The notes: generated from the sequence alone by a model not told the origin. A stretch of DNA of 64,000 bases from Halarcobacter sp. (GCA_963676565.1 OY781089.1:1504001-1568000); one strand, 5' to 3'; shown: positions 10,181-21,261, numbered from the stretch's first letter. A program made the numbers and translations.

Positions 10181-12301
10181 ATGAAAACAAAGAGTATCAA
10201 AACAAAATTAACAGTGCTTGTTATGTTAAGTATTGCCTGTTCATTTATTTTTTTAGGTCTAAAAAATACTCAAAATGCCTATGAATTAGAGCATAAACTT
10301 ATAAAAGAGGAAGAATTAAATTTAGCAAAAAATATTTCTGCTTATTTGGGAAACTATTTTAAGCTAAAACTATTGGTTATGGAGGCAACTGCAAAAGGCT
10401 TAATAGTTGAACCTCAAAATCTGTCAAATAAAAATATAACTGAAAAATTAAAAATTGGACTTGAAGCTAGTGCTTCTGCTTTACTTTTTTATGGCTTTGA
10501 AAAAGATGGTTACTCTATGTTATCTACTGGCAACTATTTAACTCCACAAAGGGATAATTATGATTCTAGAAAAAGAAGTTGGTATAAAGAAGCTATTGCT
10601 AAAGATGGTTCTGGTGTTACTCTTCCTTATCTTTCTAAATCTTTACAGAAACTTGTTGTATCTTTATACACTCCTGTAAAAAGTGCTGGTCAAACAATTG
10701 GAGTTTTAGGAAGTGATATTCTCCTTGATAGTGTTGTAGAGATTGTTACAAGTGCAAAAATTGGTAAAACAGGATATGCCTATATAGTAAATGAAGATGG
10801 ACAAATACTAATTCATAAAGATAAAAAGTTCTTGATGAAAAAAAGCAAATATTTTACTGATATTAAAACAAAAGAAAAAGTTAAATTTGCAGAAGTAAAA
10901 TATGATAAAGAAGAATATCTTGTTTCTTATAGTAAGATTCCCAATACCTCTTGGTATATATGTGTCAAAGTTGATAAAAAAGAGGTTTTTGAAGATGTGA
11001 ATAAAAATATCAAAAATGAAATTCTACTTTATACTATTTTACTTATTTTAGTACTTCTTGTAGTTTATTTTTCTCTTAAAAAAGTGTTGTCTCCTTTGCA
11101 AACTGTTGAAAAGGGTTTATCAAACTTTTTTAAATATTTGAAAGGTGAAGAGAAAAATATCAATAAACTAAATATAAAAACCAATGATGAGTTTGGTTTA
11201 ATGGGAAAACTTATTGATGAACAAATGCATTTGGTCTCACAACAAATAGAAAAAGATAAACTATTAATTGATGAGGTAAAAAGTGTTGTAAATAGGGTAA
11301 AAGAAGGGCATTTAGATATTTGTGTAGAAAAAGATTCAAGTAGTAAATCTTTGGAAGAGTTAAAACAAAGCATAAATGAAATGATAGAATTTATAAGTTC
11401 AGATGTAAACAAAGATATAAATACAATTTTATCTACTTTAGAAAAGTATTCAAGCCTTGATTTTACAACACATGTTGAAAAAGCTAATGGTAAAATTGCT
11501 TTAGGGTTAAATAATTTATGTGAAATTATTACAAAAATGCTAAAAGAAAATAAGTTAAATGGCTATCAATTAAATGAAAGTTCAAAAAATCTTCTTGCAA
11601 ATGTGGATATTTTAAATAGGGCATCAAATGAAACAGCTGTATCTTTAGAAGAAACAGCTTCTGCATTAGAAGAGATTACAAGTACAGTGATTAGCAATAC
11701 AAGTAAAATAAAAACTATGCAAGATTATTCAGACGAATTAACAAGTTCAATAGATCAAGGAAAAGAATTAGCTAGTTTAACAGTAGAGTCTATGGAAAAA
11801 ATAAATGAAGAAGCCTTAAGTATTTCAGAAGCAATTACAGTAATTGATCAAATAGCCTTTCAAACAAATATTCTTTCACTAAATGCAGCAGTAGAAGCAG
11901 CAACAGCAGGGGAATCTGGTAAAGGTTTTGCAGTTGTAGCTCAAGAAGTTAGAAACTTAGCTGCAAGAAGTGCCCAGGCAGCAAAAGAGATTAAAGATTT
12001 AGTTGAAAAAGCAAAATTAAGAGCTGTTGAGGGGAAAGAAATTTCAGGTAAGATGATTAATGGTTATATTAAAATAAATGAGAATATAAATAAAACTAAT
12101 GAGATTATAAAAGATATCTCAGATTCTTCTTCTGAACAAAAATTTAGTATAGAACAAATTAATGGTGTAGTTAATACCTTAGATTCCCAAACACAAAATA
12201 ATGCATCAATTGCTAATCAAACACAAGAAATAGCAAAACAAACATCTAGCATTGCAAAGAAAATCTTAGATTCTGCAAGTGAGAAAAAGTTTATTGAATA
12301 G
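10181..12301 (+). CDS. methyl-accepting chemotaxis protein with dCache sensor
   Basis: YDSRKRSWY Cache motif; [17 protein letters not shown] signalling hairpin. Confidence 0.95.
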   Translation: MKTKSIKTKLTVLVMLSIACSFIFLGLKNTQNAYELEHKLIKEEELNLAKNISAYLGNYFKLKLLVMEATAKGLIVEPQNLSNKNITEKLKIGLEASASALLFYGFEKDGYSMLSTGNYLTPQRDNYDSRKRSWYKEAIAKDGSGVTLPYLSKSLQKLVVSLYTPVKSAGQTIGVLGSDILLDSVVEIVTSAKIGKTGYAYIVNEDGQILIHKDKKFLMKKSKYFTDIKTKEKVKFAEVKYDKEEYLVSYSKIPNTSWYICVKVDKKEVFEDVNKNIKNEILLYTILLILVLLVVYFSLKKVLSPLQTVEKGLSNFFKYLKGEEKNINKLNIKTNDEFGLMGKLIDEQMHLVSQQIEKDKLLIDEVKSVVNRVKEGHLDICVEKDSSSKSLEELKQSINEMIEFISSDVNKDINTILSTLEKYSSLDFTTHVEKANGKIALGLNNLCEIITKMLKENKLNGYQLNESSKNLLANVDILNRASNETAVSLEETASALEEITSTVISNTSKIKTMQDYSDELTSSIDQGKELASLTVESMEKINEEALSISEAITVIDQIAFQTNILSLNAAVEAATAGESGKGFAVVAQEVRNLAARSAQAAKEIKDLVEKAKLRAVEGKEISGKMINGYIKINENINKTNEIIKDISDSSSEQKFSIEQINGVVNTLDSQTQNNASIANQTQEIAKQTSSIAKKILDSASEKKFIE

Positions 12302-12305
12302 ATAA

Positions 12306-12338
12306 AAAAAGATTAGAAGTTTTACTTCTAATCTTTTT
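12306..12338 (+). terminator. intrinsic terminator after MCP
   Basis: GATTAGAAGT-TTT-ACTTCTAATC stem flanked by A and T tracts. Confidence 0.8.
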
Positions 12339-12442
12339 CATTACATAAAAATAACTTAATAGTTTTCATTTACTAGTAGGTCTAATATAAAATATAAGTA
12401 TTAGTGTTATAATAATCTATCAAAGATGGTGGGATTATTACA

Positions 12443-13567
12443 ATGGAAAAAGATGAAAAAAAGTTTATTCAGTTAATTAGCGAAATTCCAAATATTGCAG
12501 TTCAAGGTTATAACAAAAATAGAGAAGTGATTTTTTGGAATAAAGCAAGTGAAACTATATATGGTTATTCCATAGATGAAGCAATTGGAAATAAACTTGA
12601 AGATTTGATTATTCCTGACTTTATGAGAGATGATGTTATTGCTGGAATAAATAATTGGTATAAAAATAAAGTTCCAATATTAGCAGAGAAATTACCACTA
12701 CGTAGAAAAAATGGAACTACAGCATATGTATATTCTTCCCATGTAATGTTAAATGAAAACACTAAAAATCCTGAGATGTTTTGTATAGATATAGATTTAA
12801 CTGAACAAGTAAAAAAAGATGAAGAGTTAAAACAAAAAGATAAAATTTTAGCCTTTCAATCTAAAATGGCTTCACTTGGAGAGATGCTTGAAAATATAGC
12901 ACATCAATGGAGACAGCCATTATCTAGTATCTCTGCTTCTGCATCTAGTTTAAAACTTAGAAACACGCTTAATTGTTTAGATGAAGAGAGTTTAAATGAT
13001 TCAATAGATTCAATAATTAAAGCAACTGCATATATGTCAAATACTATTGAAGATTTTAGAAACTTTGTTAAAGGAACCCATGAAAAAAAGAGTTTCAATT
13101 TATATGATATTATAAAATATGCTTTAGAACTTCTTGATGGAACTATAAGAAAAAATGACATTAATATAGTTTTATCTACTACTTACAGTGAAATAAAACT
13201 AACAAATTTCCCAAATGAACTTGTGCAGGTCTTGATTAATATTATTGGAAATGCAAAAGATGCTTTGATTTTAAATGAGATTGAAAAAAGGTATCTTTTT
13301 ATTACTATTAAAGAAGAAAATAAAAAAATCTATATAGAATTAAAAGACAATGCAGGTGGTATAAAAGAGGATATTTTACCAAAAGTATTTGAACCATATT
13401 TTACAACTAAACATAAATCAAGAGGTACAGGAATTGGTTTATATATGGCATATAAACTTATAACTGAAAGTATGAATGGTGATATCGATGTTGAAAATAG
13501 TTCTTATATATACGAAGATATAAAGTATACTGGGGCTTTATTTAAAATAGTACTTAATTTGGAATAG
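12443..13567 (+). CDS. soluble PAS-domain histidine kinase (orphan)
   Basis: PAS (WNKASETIYGYS), IAHQWRQPL, DNAGG, GTGIGL; no TM segment. Confidence 0.9.
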   Translation: MEKDEKKFIQLISEIPNIAVQGYNKNREVIFWNKASETIYGYSIDEAIGNKLEDLIIPDFMRDDVIAGINNWYKNKVPILAEKLPLRRKNGTTAYVYSSHVMLNENTKNPEMFCIDIDLTEQVKKDEELKQKDKILAFQSKMASLGEMLENIAHQWRQPLSSISASASSLKLRNTLNCLDEESLNDSIDSIIKATAYMSNTIEDFRNFVKGTHEKKSFNLYDIIKYALELLDGTIRKNDINIVLSTTYSEIKLTNFPNELVQVLINIIGNAKDALILNEIEKRYLFITIKEENKKIYIELKDNAGGIKEDILPKVFEPYFTTKHKSRGTGIGLYMAYKLITESMNGDIDVENSSYIYEDIKYTGALFKIVLNLE

Positions 13568-13587
13568 GTTTAGTTAATTTTAGGCAT

Positions 13588-13619
13588 AAAAAAAGGTTAG
13601 AAGAAAACTTCTAACCTTT
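13588..13619 (-). terminator. intrinsic terminator of atpE (possibly bidirectional)
   Basis: AAAGGTTAGAAG-AAAA-CTTCTAACCTTT with an A7 tract (U-tract on the minus strand). Confidence 0.8.
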
Positions 13620-13653
13620 CGCAGTTTATATAAAAAATCTGTTAAAAAAGATC

Positions 13654-13962
13654 TTACATAAATGGGTTTGCATATAATGCGATCATCGCAATAACTAATG
13701 CATAAATAACTTGAGCTTCGATCATCGCTAATGCAATGAACATAGTAGTCATTAATTTTCCACCTAATCCTGGGTTTCTAGCAGTTCCAGCGATTGTTGC
13801 AGCAGCAGTGTTACCCATACCAATAGCACCACCAAGTGCAGCTAAACCAAGACCAATACCTGCAGCAACTACAGAGTAAGCTTTTAACATTTCACCCGCA
13901 GCAGCGTCAGCAGCGAATGCAAAACCAGCGAAAGCTAGCATTAAAAGAACGATTTTTTTCAT
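13654..13962 (-). CDS. atpE: F0F1 ATP synthase subunit c
   Basis: GxGxGxA helix, ARNP loop, ALAMIEAQVIY with the ion-binding Glu. Confidence 0.97.
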   Translation of the reverse strand: MKKIVLLMLAFAGFAFAADAAAGEMLKAYSVVAAGIGLGLAALGGAIGMGNTAAATIAGTARNPGLGGKLMTTMFIALAMIEAQVIYALVIAMIALYANPFM

Positions 13963-14182
13963 TCTAGTATCCTTAATAAATATTTTCTACAAAGTCTGTT
14001 CGGCTTGCGTATCCCTACTTAACACCTCGTATTGGGCAGAATTATACACAACTATTATTTAAATTTCCATTAGATTAACAATAATTTACACAATGATTAC
14101 TAAATGTAACAACTTAAAAAAGATAATCAGCTTTTTAATTTTCTTTATGTATAATCACTAGACTTTGATAAGAGAGGACTTT

Positions 14183-16315
14183 ATGAAAAAACTATTTTTT
14201 GGACTTACGGCATTTATATTAATAGTAATTGGTGGGATTTATGGAATCCTTTTTACAAGTGCAGGTAATTCTTATGTTGCTTCAATAATTGAAAACAAGG
14301 TTAATGAAGGGCAAAAAGATGTTAGTATGAAAGTAGATAACTTCAAACTAACTATGAATGATATACTTTTTAAAGCTACTATTGATGATAACTCTACAAT
14401 AAATGTAGAAGGAGCATTAAATATTTTTGCTCAAACAGTTGATTTAAAATATGATGTAAATGTAGCAGACTTAGCAAAATTAGAAAATTTAACAAAACAA
14501 AAACTAAATGGTTCTTTTTCTACAAACGGTATTGTAAAAGGTGATTCAAAACAAGCTGTTGTAAAAGGGCTTAGTAAAGTTGCTTCAAGTAATACAAGTT
14601 ATGATATAGAATTAAAAGATTTTAATCCAAGCAATATTTTATTTACTATGAAAGATGCAAAAATTGAAGAGTTACTTTATATGGTAAATCAACCAATTTA
14701 TGCAAAAGGGATGCTTAATATTGATGCAAATATAAAAAATGCCGATATTGAAAACTTAGATGGAATTATTACTACTACTGTTTCAAAGGGTATTTTAAAT
14801 GCAAAAGCTATTAATAAAGAACTAAAAGAAGAACCAAAACTTCCTATTGTTTTTACTTCAAAAAGTGTTAGTAATCTTGTAGGAAATGAGATTAATTCAA
14901 ATATAAATTTTGATAGTACAATTGCAAAACTTGATGTTAAAAAAGCAAATGTAAATATGAAAACATCTGTAATAAAAAGTGATTACAAAGTTTTTGTTAA
15001 AGATTTAGCAAAACTAGAAACTTTGATAAATCAAAAACTTAATGGTTCATTTTCAACAAATGGTGATGTTGTAGTAGATAATGGAGTAATTACAGTAAAT
15101 GGAAACTCTGATATTTTTGCAAGTGATACTAAATATGAAGCAAAAGTTTCTAACTCTAAACCTGAATATGTAAATTTAACAGTAAACAAAGCAAAAATCG
15201 AAAACTTATTAAATCTTGTAAATCAACCAAATTATGCAAATGGATTATTAAATATTGATGCAAAAATTAAAAATGCTGATATAAATAATCTTGATGGAAA
15301 AGTTTTAACAACCATTTTAGATGGGAAAGTAAACAATACAGTAGTAAATAAATCTTTTGAGCAAAAATTAAAAGATGCAATCACTTTTAAAGGTGATATT
15401 GTTACTGATTTAGTTAAAACTCAAGCAATCTCTAAAATTAATTTAGATACTTCACTTTCAAATGTAGATATGACTAAGGCAGTATATGATATTGCAAAAG
15501 CTGAGTTTACAAGTGATTATACTGTTGATGTGCCAGACCTTTCTAAACTTAAAGATATTACACAACAAAAAATGAGAGGGGAAGCTAAGATTGAAGGGAA
15601 TATTAAACAATCTCCTGAGCTTTTAAGTGTTGATGGTAAATCTAAACTATTTGGTGGAGATATTGATTTCAATCTTTTAAATGATAATTTCAAAGCAAAA
15701 ATTGATGGCGTTGAGATTAAAGATTTAACTCATATGATGTATTATCCAGAGATTTTTACTTCAAAATCTAATATTGATATTGATTACAACCTTGCGACAA
15801 AGATAGGAAAAATAGGTGGTAACTTATTAAAAGGTCAGTTTATTAAAAATGAATATTCTGATTTAATCAATGCCTTTGCACAGTTTGATTTAACAAAAGA
15901 GATTTATGAAAAAGTAGAAATCAAAAGTGATATGAAAAAAGATATTATTAATACTGTTGTAGATATGACAAGTGAACATACAATTATAAAAGTACCAGCA
16001 AGTACAATTAATACAGCAAAAGATAGTGTTAATGCTTTAGTTCAAGCAAAAATTTTAAAATATGAGTTTGATACTAAAATTTCTGGGAACCTTTCAAATC
16101 CAAAAGTAAGTATTGATAAAAAAGCATTTTTAAATAATACTAAAGCGGGTCAGAAACTAAAGAAGAAAACTGATGAAATTAAAAATAAAATTGAAAAAAA
16201 ATTAGGAGACAAATTTAAATTAGATCAACTATTTAATGAAGCTCCAAAACAAGAAAAGAAGAAAGCTTCTAGAGAAGAGATAGCTGCAGCTTTTAAAGAG
16301 ATGTTTGGAAATTAA
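14183..16315 (+). CDS. membrane-anchored periplasmic beta-rich repeat protein (AsmA-like, tentative)
   Basis: N-terminal TM, three 178-aa repeats; ATG 14183 has a GAGAGGA SD. Confidence 0.6.
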   Translation: MKKLFFGLTAFILIVIGGIYGILFTSAGNSYVASIIENKVNEGQKDVSMKVDNFKLTMNDILFKATIDDNSTINVEGALNIFAQTVDLKYDVNVADLAKLENLTKQKLNGSFSTNGIVKGDSKQAVVKGLSKVASSNTSYDIELKDFNPSNILFTMKDAKIEELLYMVNQPIYAKGMLNIDANIKNADIENLDGIITTTVSKGILNAKAINKELKEEPKLPIVFTSKSVSNLVGNEINSNINFDSTIAKLDVKKANVNMKTSVIKSDYKVFVKDLAKLETLINQKLNGSFSTNGDVVVDNGVITVNGNSDIFASDTKYEAKVSNSKPEYVNLTVNKAKIENLLNLVNQPNYANGLLNIDAKIKNADINNLDGKVLTTILDGKVNNTVVNKSFEQKLKDAITFKGDIVTDLVKTQAISKINLDTSLSNVDMTKAVYDIAKAEFTSDYTVDVPDLSKLKDITQQKMRGEAKIEGNIKQSPELLSVDGKSKLFGGDIDFNLLNDNFKAKIDGVEIKDLTHMMYYPEIFTSKSNIDIDYNLATKIGKIGGNLLKGQFIKNEYSDLINAFAQFDLTKEIYEKVEIKSDMKKDIINTVVDMTSEHTIIKVPASTINTAKDSVNALVQAKILKYEFDTKISGNLSNPKVSIDKKAFLNNTKAGQKLKKKTDEIKNKIEKKLGDKFKLDQLFNEAPKQEKKKASREEIAAAFKEMFGN

Positions 16316-16319
16316 ATAT

Positions 16320-16342
16320 TAGAGGCTATTTTATAGCCTCTA
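16320..16342. terminator. hairpin between convergent genes
   Basis: TAGAGGCTAT-TTT-ATAGCCTCTA. Confidence 0.65.
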
Positions 16343-17027
16343 TATTCTTTGTAAGAGTTAAAGAAACTCCTACCCACGATGCAATACCACCTCTATACCA
16401 CAAAATTTTTTTCTTAGGGTAACCCAATCTAACTAAGCTATCAATTGCCCTTTGTGATTGGGCACACCATGAACCATTACAAAAAAACATTACTGTTTTT
16501 GCATTGGAAAAATCATACTTTTTATTTTTGATTTTAACTCCCAAAAGTTTATAAGCTCTTTTATATTCCTCTTTAAAATCCTCATCAAATTTAAATTCAT
16601 CATAGGGGATATTTACAGAACTTGGAATTGTTCCCATATCAAACCAATCACTTCTTCTACTATCAACTAAAATATAATCATTAGGTTTTTTCATAGTCTT
16701 TTCTTGAATAAACTCTAAGACTTCTAATTCTCCAACAGTTTTTGTCCCTTCATATAAAGTAAAAGGTTGAATAACACCTTTTGTTGTAATAAATGTTTTT
16801 TTACATTGTAGGGGTATATTTTTTGAAGCAATATTACCACTTTGAAAGTTTTCAGGTGTAATTCCAAATTGGGAACAAATAAGAGGATCTTCCCTTTCAA
16901 TTTTGATACTTTCTTTTTTGCCATTTGAGTATGTATGAACTACATCAACACCTTTTATTGGTAAAATCATAGGATTTAAGGCAAATAAAAAAGAAAAACT
17001 AAAAATCATAGAAATAAATAACTTCAT
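16326..17027 (-). CDS. exported rhodanese-like domain protein
   Basis: Signal peptide, LVDSR, GTIPSSVNIP, FFCNGSWC active loop, YRGG. Confidence 0.85.
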   Translation of the reverse strand: MKLFISMIFSFSFLFALNPMILPIKGVDVVHTYSNGKKESIKIEREDPLICSQFGITPENFQSGNIASKNIPLQCKKTFITTKGVIQPFTLYEGTKTVGELEVLEFIQEKTMKKPNDYILVDSRRSDWFDMGTIPSSVNIPYDEFKFDEDFKEEYKRAYKLLGVKIKNKKYDFSNAKTVMFFCNGSWCAQSQRAIDSLVRLGYPKKKILWYRGGIASWVGVSLTLTKNIEAIK

Positions 17028-17149
17028 GTAAAACTCCTAAATAGTTTATAATAAAACATTACTCAAAAAATCATAAATTTGTCATTTAAATTTGGTTATA
17101 ATTTTTTAAAACCATAAAAACAACTTTGTTGTATTAAAAAAGGAAAATT

Positions 17150-17860
17150 ATGTTGAATAGAGTATTAGTAACAGGTGGAAATAAAGGGATTGGTCTTGAA
17201 GTTGTAAAAAAATTCTTAGAAGTTGATTTTGAGGTAATTGCAGTTGGAAGAGATTTTTCAAATTTTCCTCAAGAATTAAAAGATAATGAAAAAGTAAAAA
17301 CTATTGAATATGATTTATCAAATTTAGATGGTCTTAAAGATTTAGCAAAAGAGGTTGGTGAAATTGATGTTTTAATCAACAATGCAGGATATATGCAACC
17401 AAAGTATACTTATGATAACTATCCTTTAGAAGCAAAAGAACATATTATGAATGTTGATTTATATGCACCAGTTGAACTTATGACTATTTTTAGTGAGGGT
17501 ATGAAAAAAAGAGGATATGGAAAAATTGTAAATACTGCTTCAATTGCTGGTCAAATTGGGCATCCTGATATTTGGTATGGTATTGCAAAAGCTGGACTTA
17601 TAAATGCTACAAAAATATTTGCAAAACTTTTAGGAACGAATGGTATTACTGTAAATTGTATAGCACCAAGTCCTGTTGAAACTGATATGCAAAAAGATAA
17701 TTCAGAAGAGAGAAAAGCAGAATTTAAAAAAGCAGTTCCTTGTGGAAGATTTGCAGAACCTGATGAAGCTGCTGAGGTTATTTTTTGGTTAGGTACTGAT
17801 TGTCCAGAGTATGTAAATGGTACAACTATGGATTTTAATAATGGTTCTTATGTAAGATAG
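17150..17860 (+). CDS. short-chain dehydrogenase/reductase
   Basis: TGGNKGIG, NNAG, YGIAK (YxxxK). Confidence 0.92.
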   Translation: MLNRVLVTGGNKGIGLEVVKKFLEVDFEVIAVGRDFSNFPQELKDNEKVKTIEYDLSNLDGLKDLAKEVGEIDVLINNAGYMQPKYTYDNYPLEAKEHIMNVDLYAPVELMTIFSEGMKKRGYGKIVNTASIAGQIGHPDIWYGIAKAGLINATKIFAKLLGTNGITVNCIAPSPVETDMQKDNSEERKAEFKKAVPCGRFAEPDEAAEVIFWLGTDCPEYVNGTTMDFNNGSYVR

Positions 17861-17919
17861 ATAATAAGTCAAGTTAGAAATTCATTTGATTTAACAAACT
17901 TTCTTAATTTTATAATAAA

Positions 17920-17979
17920 AGCAACTAAGTTGCATATAAGCGGAAATATATATAATTCCACTTCTGCAACTTTGTTGCA
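17920..17979 (+). promoter_or_regulatory. promoter flanked by two TGCAA-N5-TTGCA operators
   Basis: AGCAACTAAGTTGCA (17920), TATAAT (17951), TGCAACTTTGTTGCA (17965). Confidence 0.8.
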
Positions 17980-18031
17980 TTTTTTTAGAATCATTTATTG
18001 ATTTTAATTATTACAATTAAGAAGGATAGGT

Positions 18032-19537
18032 ATGACAATGAAATTTTTTAAAGGGGTACTTGTATTAAGTACATTGTTCGTTTTTGCATTTGCAAAAGAA
18101 TTAAAAGTTATTGGACCTTGGGAGATATCTGGAATTGAACCAAGCCAATCGGGGTATATTTTTTCAAGAATGCAAGTTGCTGAAACATTAGTTACAATTG
18201 ATGATAAAGGTGAATTAATACCATCTTTAGCAAAGAAATGGAGTGTTTCAGAGGATGGTTTAGTTTGGAAATTTGAAATAAAAGATAATGTAAAATTTCA
18301 AGATGGAACTTTATTAGATGCAAAAATAGTTGCTTTTAATTTAAATAGAGATGAAGTTCTTAAAAAAAGTGTATTAAGGTATTTACCACTTAAAAGAATT
18401 GAGGCTAAAGATAACTCTATTATAATCAACCTTGATTCACAGTTTAGTTCACTTCCAGCATATTTAGCTCACTACAGTACAATTATAATTTCAAAAAACT
18501 CTTTTAATTCAACAACTGGAAAAGTTGAAAAAATTATAGGAACAGGGGCATATAAAATAAAAGATATAACTGCGCCTTTAAGTATAAAACTTACAAGAAA
18601 TGAAAATTGGTGGAATGGAAAAGCAAATATCAAAGATATCTCTTATTTAGCAGTTGGAAAGGGTGAAACAAGATCACTTATGATGAAAAGTAAAGAGGCT
18701 GATATTGCCTATTCAATTTTACCAATTTCACTTAAATCATTAAAGAAAAATCCAAATTTTGATATTCAAATTGTTTCAATACCAAGAACTAGAATGTTAA
18801 AAATTAATTCAGGCTCAGAGTTTTTTAATACTTCAGAATTAAGAGAAGCTATCAGTTTAGCAATACAAAGAAAAGCTATTGCAAAAGCAATACTAAAAAA
18901 TGAAAACTTAGCAGCTACACAACTATTTCCACAATCATTAAACCTTTGGCATAATAAAGAGATTTCTCCTTTAAAAACAAACATTCAAAAAGCAAATGAG
19001 ATTTTAGAAAATAATGGATGGAAATTATCAGATGATGGATTTAGATATAAAGATGGTAAAAAATTCGAAATCACTTTAAATACTTATCCTTCATGGCCTG
19101 AACTTCCAGTAATCTCAACAGCAATTCAATCTCAATTAAAAAAAATAGGTATAGATGTAAAAGTTTTAGTTGGAAGCTATACTGAAATAATTAGAAAACA
19201 TAAAGATAATACTTTACATTTAGGACTTATTTCAAGAAACTTTGCATTAGTACCAAATCCCCTTGGAACTTTACTTCAAGATTATGGAAAAGGTGGTGCA
19301 AACTGGGGTGCTATGAATTGGGAAAATGAAACTATGTTTCAATATTTAAATGAATTAAAAAAATCAGAAAACCATGAACTTCAATTTAAAATAACTAAGC
19401 TTTTACAAGAAGAACTTCCCTCTATCCCTGTTGCTTGGTCTGAGATGGCAGTAGTTTCAAACAAAAAAATTAAAAATCTAAAACTTGATCCCTTTGAATT
19501 AAACTACTTTTTATCTGATGTTAAGTGGGTTAAATAA
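18032..19537 (+). CDS. NikA/DppA-family ABC substrate-binding protein
   Basis: Signal peptide, ETLV...LAKKW...VKFQDGT, IGTGAY family-5 SBP motifs. Confidence 0.9.
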   Translation: MTMKFFKGVLVLSTLFVFAFAKELKVIGPWEISGIEPSQSGYIFSRMQVAETLVTIDDKGELIPSLAKKWSVSEDGLVWKFEIKDNVKFQDGTLLDAKIVAFNLNRDEVLKKSVLRYLPLKRIEAKDNSIIINLDSQFSSLPAYLAHYSTIIISKNSFNSTTGKVEKIIGTGAYKIKDITAPLSIKLTRNENWWNGKANIKDISYLAVGKGETRSLMMKSKEADIAYSILPISLKSLKKNPNFDIQIVSIPRTRMLKINSGSEFFNTSELREAISLAIQRKAIAKAILKNENLAATQLFPQSLNLWHNKEISPLKTNIQKANEILENNGWKLSDDGFRYKDGKKFEITLNTYPSWPELPVISTAIQSQLKKIGIDVKVLVGSYTEIIRKHKDNTLHLGLISRNFALVPNPLGTLLQDYGKGGANWGAMNWENETMFQYLNELKKSENHELQFKITKLLQEELPSIPVAWSEMAVVSNKKIKNLKLDPFELNYFLSDVKWVK

Positions 19538-19541
19538 TTAG

Positions 19542-20483
19542 ATGTTGAAAATTTTATCTTCTAGAATACTACAAATTTTTACTTTGGCAGTATTTTTAAA
19601 TACTATTTGTTTTATTATGATTCATGTTTTACCAGGAGACCATGCAATGAGAATTGCAGCAGGAAGATATGGTCCTGATGGAATGACAGCTGAGATTGCT
19701 CAAAGTGTTGCAGTAGAATTAGGTCTTCATAGACCTCTTTATGAACAATATTTTGATTCACTTTTTCAGCTTTTTTCTTTTGATTTGGGTTATTCCTTGG
19801 TAAGTGGAGAAAAGATTATTCATGAATTGCAAACACAGTTAGGTTATTCTTTGTATTTAGCATTATTTGCTTTTGTATTAAGTTTAGTTATAGCCTTTCC
19901 TTTAGGTATATACTCAGGGGTTAAGAAAAATGGTTTTATAGATAAAGTAAGTTTATATTTTTCTATTTTATTTAAAGCTATTCCTCCTTTTATTTTAGCC
20001 TTATTGTTAATACTTATTTTTAGTGTACATTTAAATATTTTACCTCCAGCTGGCTTTGATGATTGGACATATTTAATTCTACCAGCTTTAACACTAGCCC
20101 TTGGATTAGCTGCTGTTTCAAATAGACTTATAAAAGAATCTATGAATGAAGTATCTAACTCTACATATTTTACCTATGGAAAATACAAAGGTCTTTCAAA
20201 TATAGTTTTAATGAGAAGGCATGGTATAAAAAATGCTTTTATTCCAGTTTTAGCCTTCCTTGGACTTCAGTCTATTTATTTAATTGAGGGTGTTGTAATT
20301 GTTGAATCAATTTTTGCTTTTCCTGGAATTGGCCATGCTTTAGTTCATGCAATTATCGCTAGAGATGTACCTATGATTCAAGGTACAGTTTTAATAATGG
20401 GAATAAGCTTTGTATTTATAAATCTATTTGCAGATATTTTATCAAGAGTATTAGACCCAAGATTAGGAGCTAAACATGAATAA
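19542..20483 (+). CDS. nickel/peptide ABC permease (NikB type)
   Basis: LPGD, ESIFAFPGIG, RDVPMIQG. Confidence 0.9.
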   Translation: MLKILSSRILQIFTLAVFLNTICFIMIHVLPGDHAMRIAAGRYGPDGMTAEIAQSVAVELGLHRPLYEQYFDSLFQLFSFDLGYSLVSGEKIIHELQTQLGYSLYLALFAFVLSLVIAFPLGIYSGVKKNGFIDKVSLYFSILFKAIPPFILALLLILIFSVHLNILPPAGFDDWTYLILPALTLALGLAAVSNRLIKESMNEVSNSTYFTYGKYKGLSNIVLMRRHGIKNAFIPVLAFLGLQSIYLIEGVVIVESIFAFPGIGHALVHAIIARDVPMIQGTVLIMGISFVFINLFADILSRVLDPRLGAKHE

Positions 20484-21261
20484 AAGTATAAACTCAAAAT
20501 ATATAGGTTACACACTTTTAAGTTTTTTATTTTTATTTGCAATATTAGTACCCTTTTTAACAGGAGTTGATCCCCATGAACAAGATTTAATGAAAAGTTT
20601 TGCACAGATTAGTTCTTCAAATCTATTAGGTGCTGATCATTATGGAAGGGATATGTTAACAAGACTTGCTTATGCAGTTCAATTATCTTTTTTCTTAAGT
20701 TTTATCACTATGTTAACATCAGCTATACCTGGTGTTTTATTAGGGATTTTAGCTGCATATAAAGGTGGTATAATTGAAAAGATTTTAGTAGTTATATCTG
20801 ATATTATTCTAGCACTGCCTGGATTACTTTTAGTTTTAGTTTTTATTGCTTTTTCACCAGGAAATTTCTTATTTTTATATTTAGGATTATCTTTATCTTT
20901 GTGGGTTGAGTTTTTTAGAGTAAGTAGAGCAAAAACAAAATCTATTTTAGTTGAACCTTATGTTGAATCAACAAGACTTTTAGGTTTTTCCTCTTTTTAT
21001 ATTTTAAAAAAGCAAATCCTTCCTAGCTTGTATCCTAGTATTTTAACCTTGAGTACTTTTGCTATGAGTACAGCAATAGTTGCAATTTCAACTCTAAGTG
21101 CTTTAAATGTAGGAATTAGACCACCAACTGCTGAACTTGGAAGTATGATTGTTGAACTTATGCCTTATTTTGATGAAGAGCCATTTTTGATATTCTTACC
21201 ATCTTTTTTTATTTTCTTATTGGTTTTGTCACTTCAATTAATATCTAGAAAGGAACACTAA
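20476..21261 (+). CDS. nickel/peptide ABC permease (NikC type)
   Basis: LLGADHYGRD, EPYVESTRLLG, PPTAELG. Confidence 0.88.
   Translation: MNKSINSKYIGYTLLSFLFLFAILVPFLTGVDPHEQDLMKSFAQISSSNLLGADHYGRDMLTRLAYAVQLSFFLSFITMLTSAIPGVLLGILAAYKGGIIEKILVVISDIILALPGLLLVLVFIAFSPGNFLFLYLGLSLSLWVEFFRVSRAKTKSILVEPYVESTRLLGFSSFYILKKQILPSLYPSILTLSTFAMSTAIVAISTLSALNVGIRPPTAELGSMIVELMPYFDEEPFLIFLPSFFIFLLVLSLQLISRKEH

Noticed and set aside
13990..14035. c-di-GMP-I or Na+ riboswitch in the atpE leader
   Set aside because: Only a short GGGA..CGCAAGCC resemblance; the remaining conserved elements are not evident
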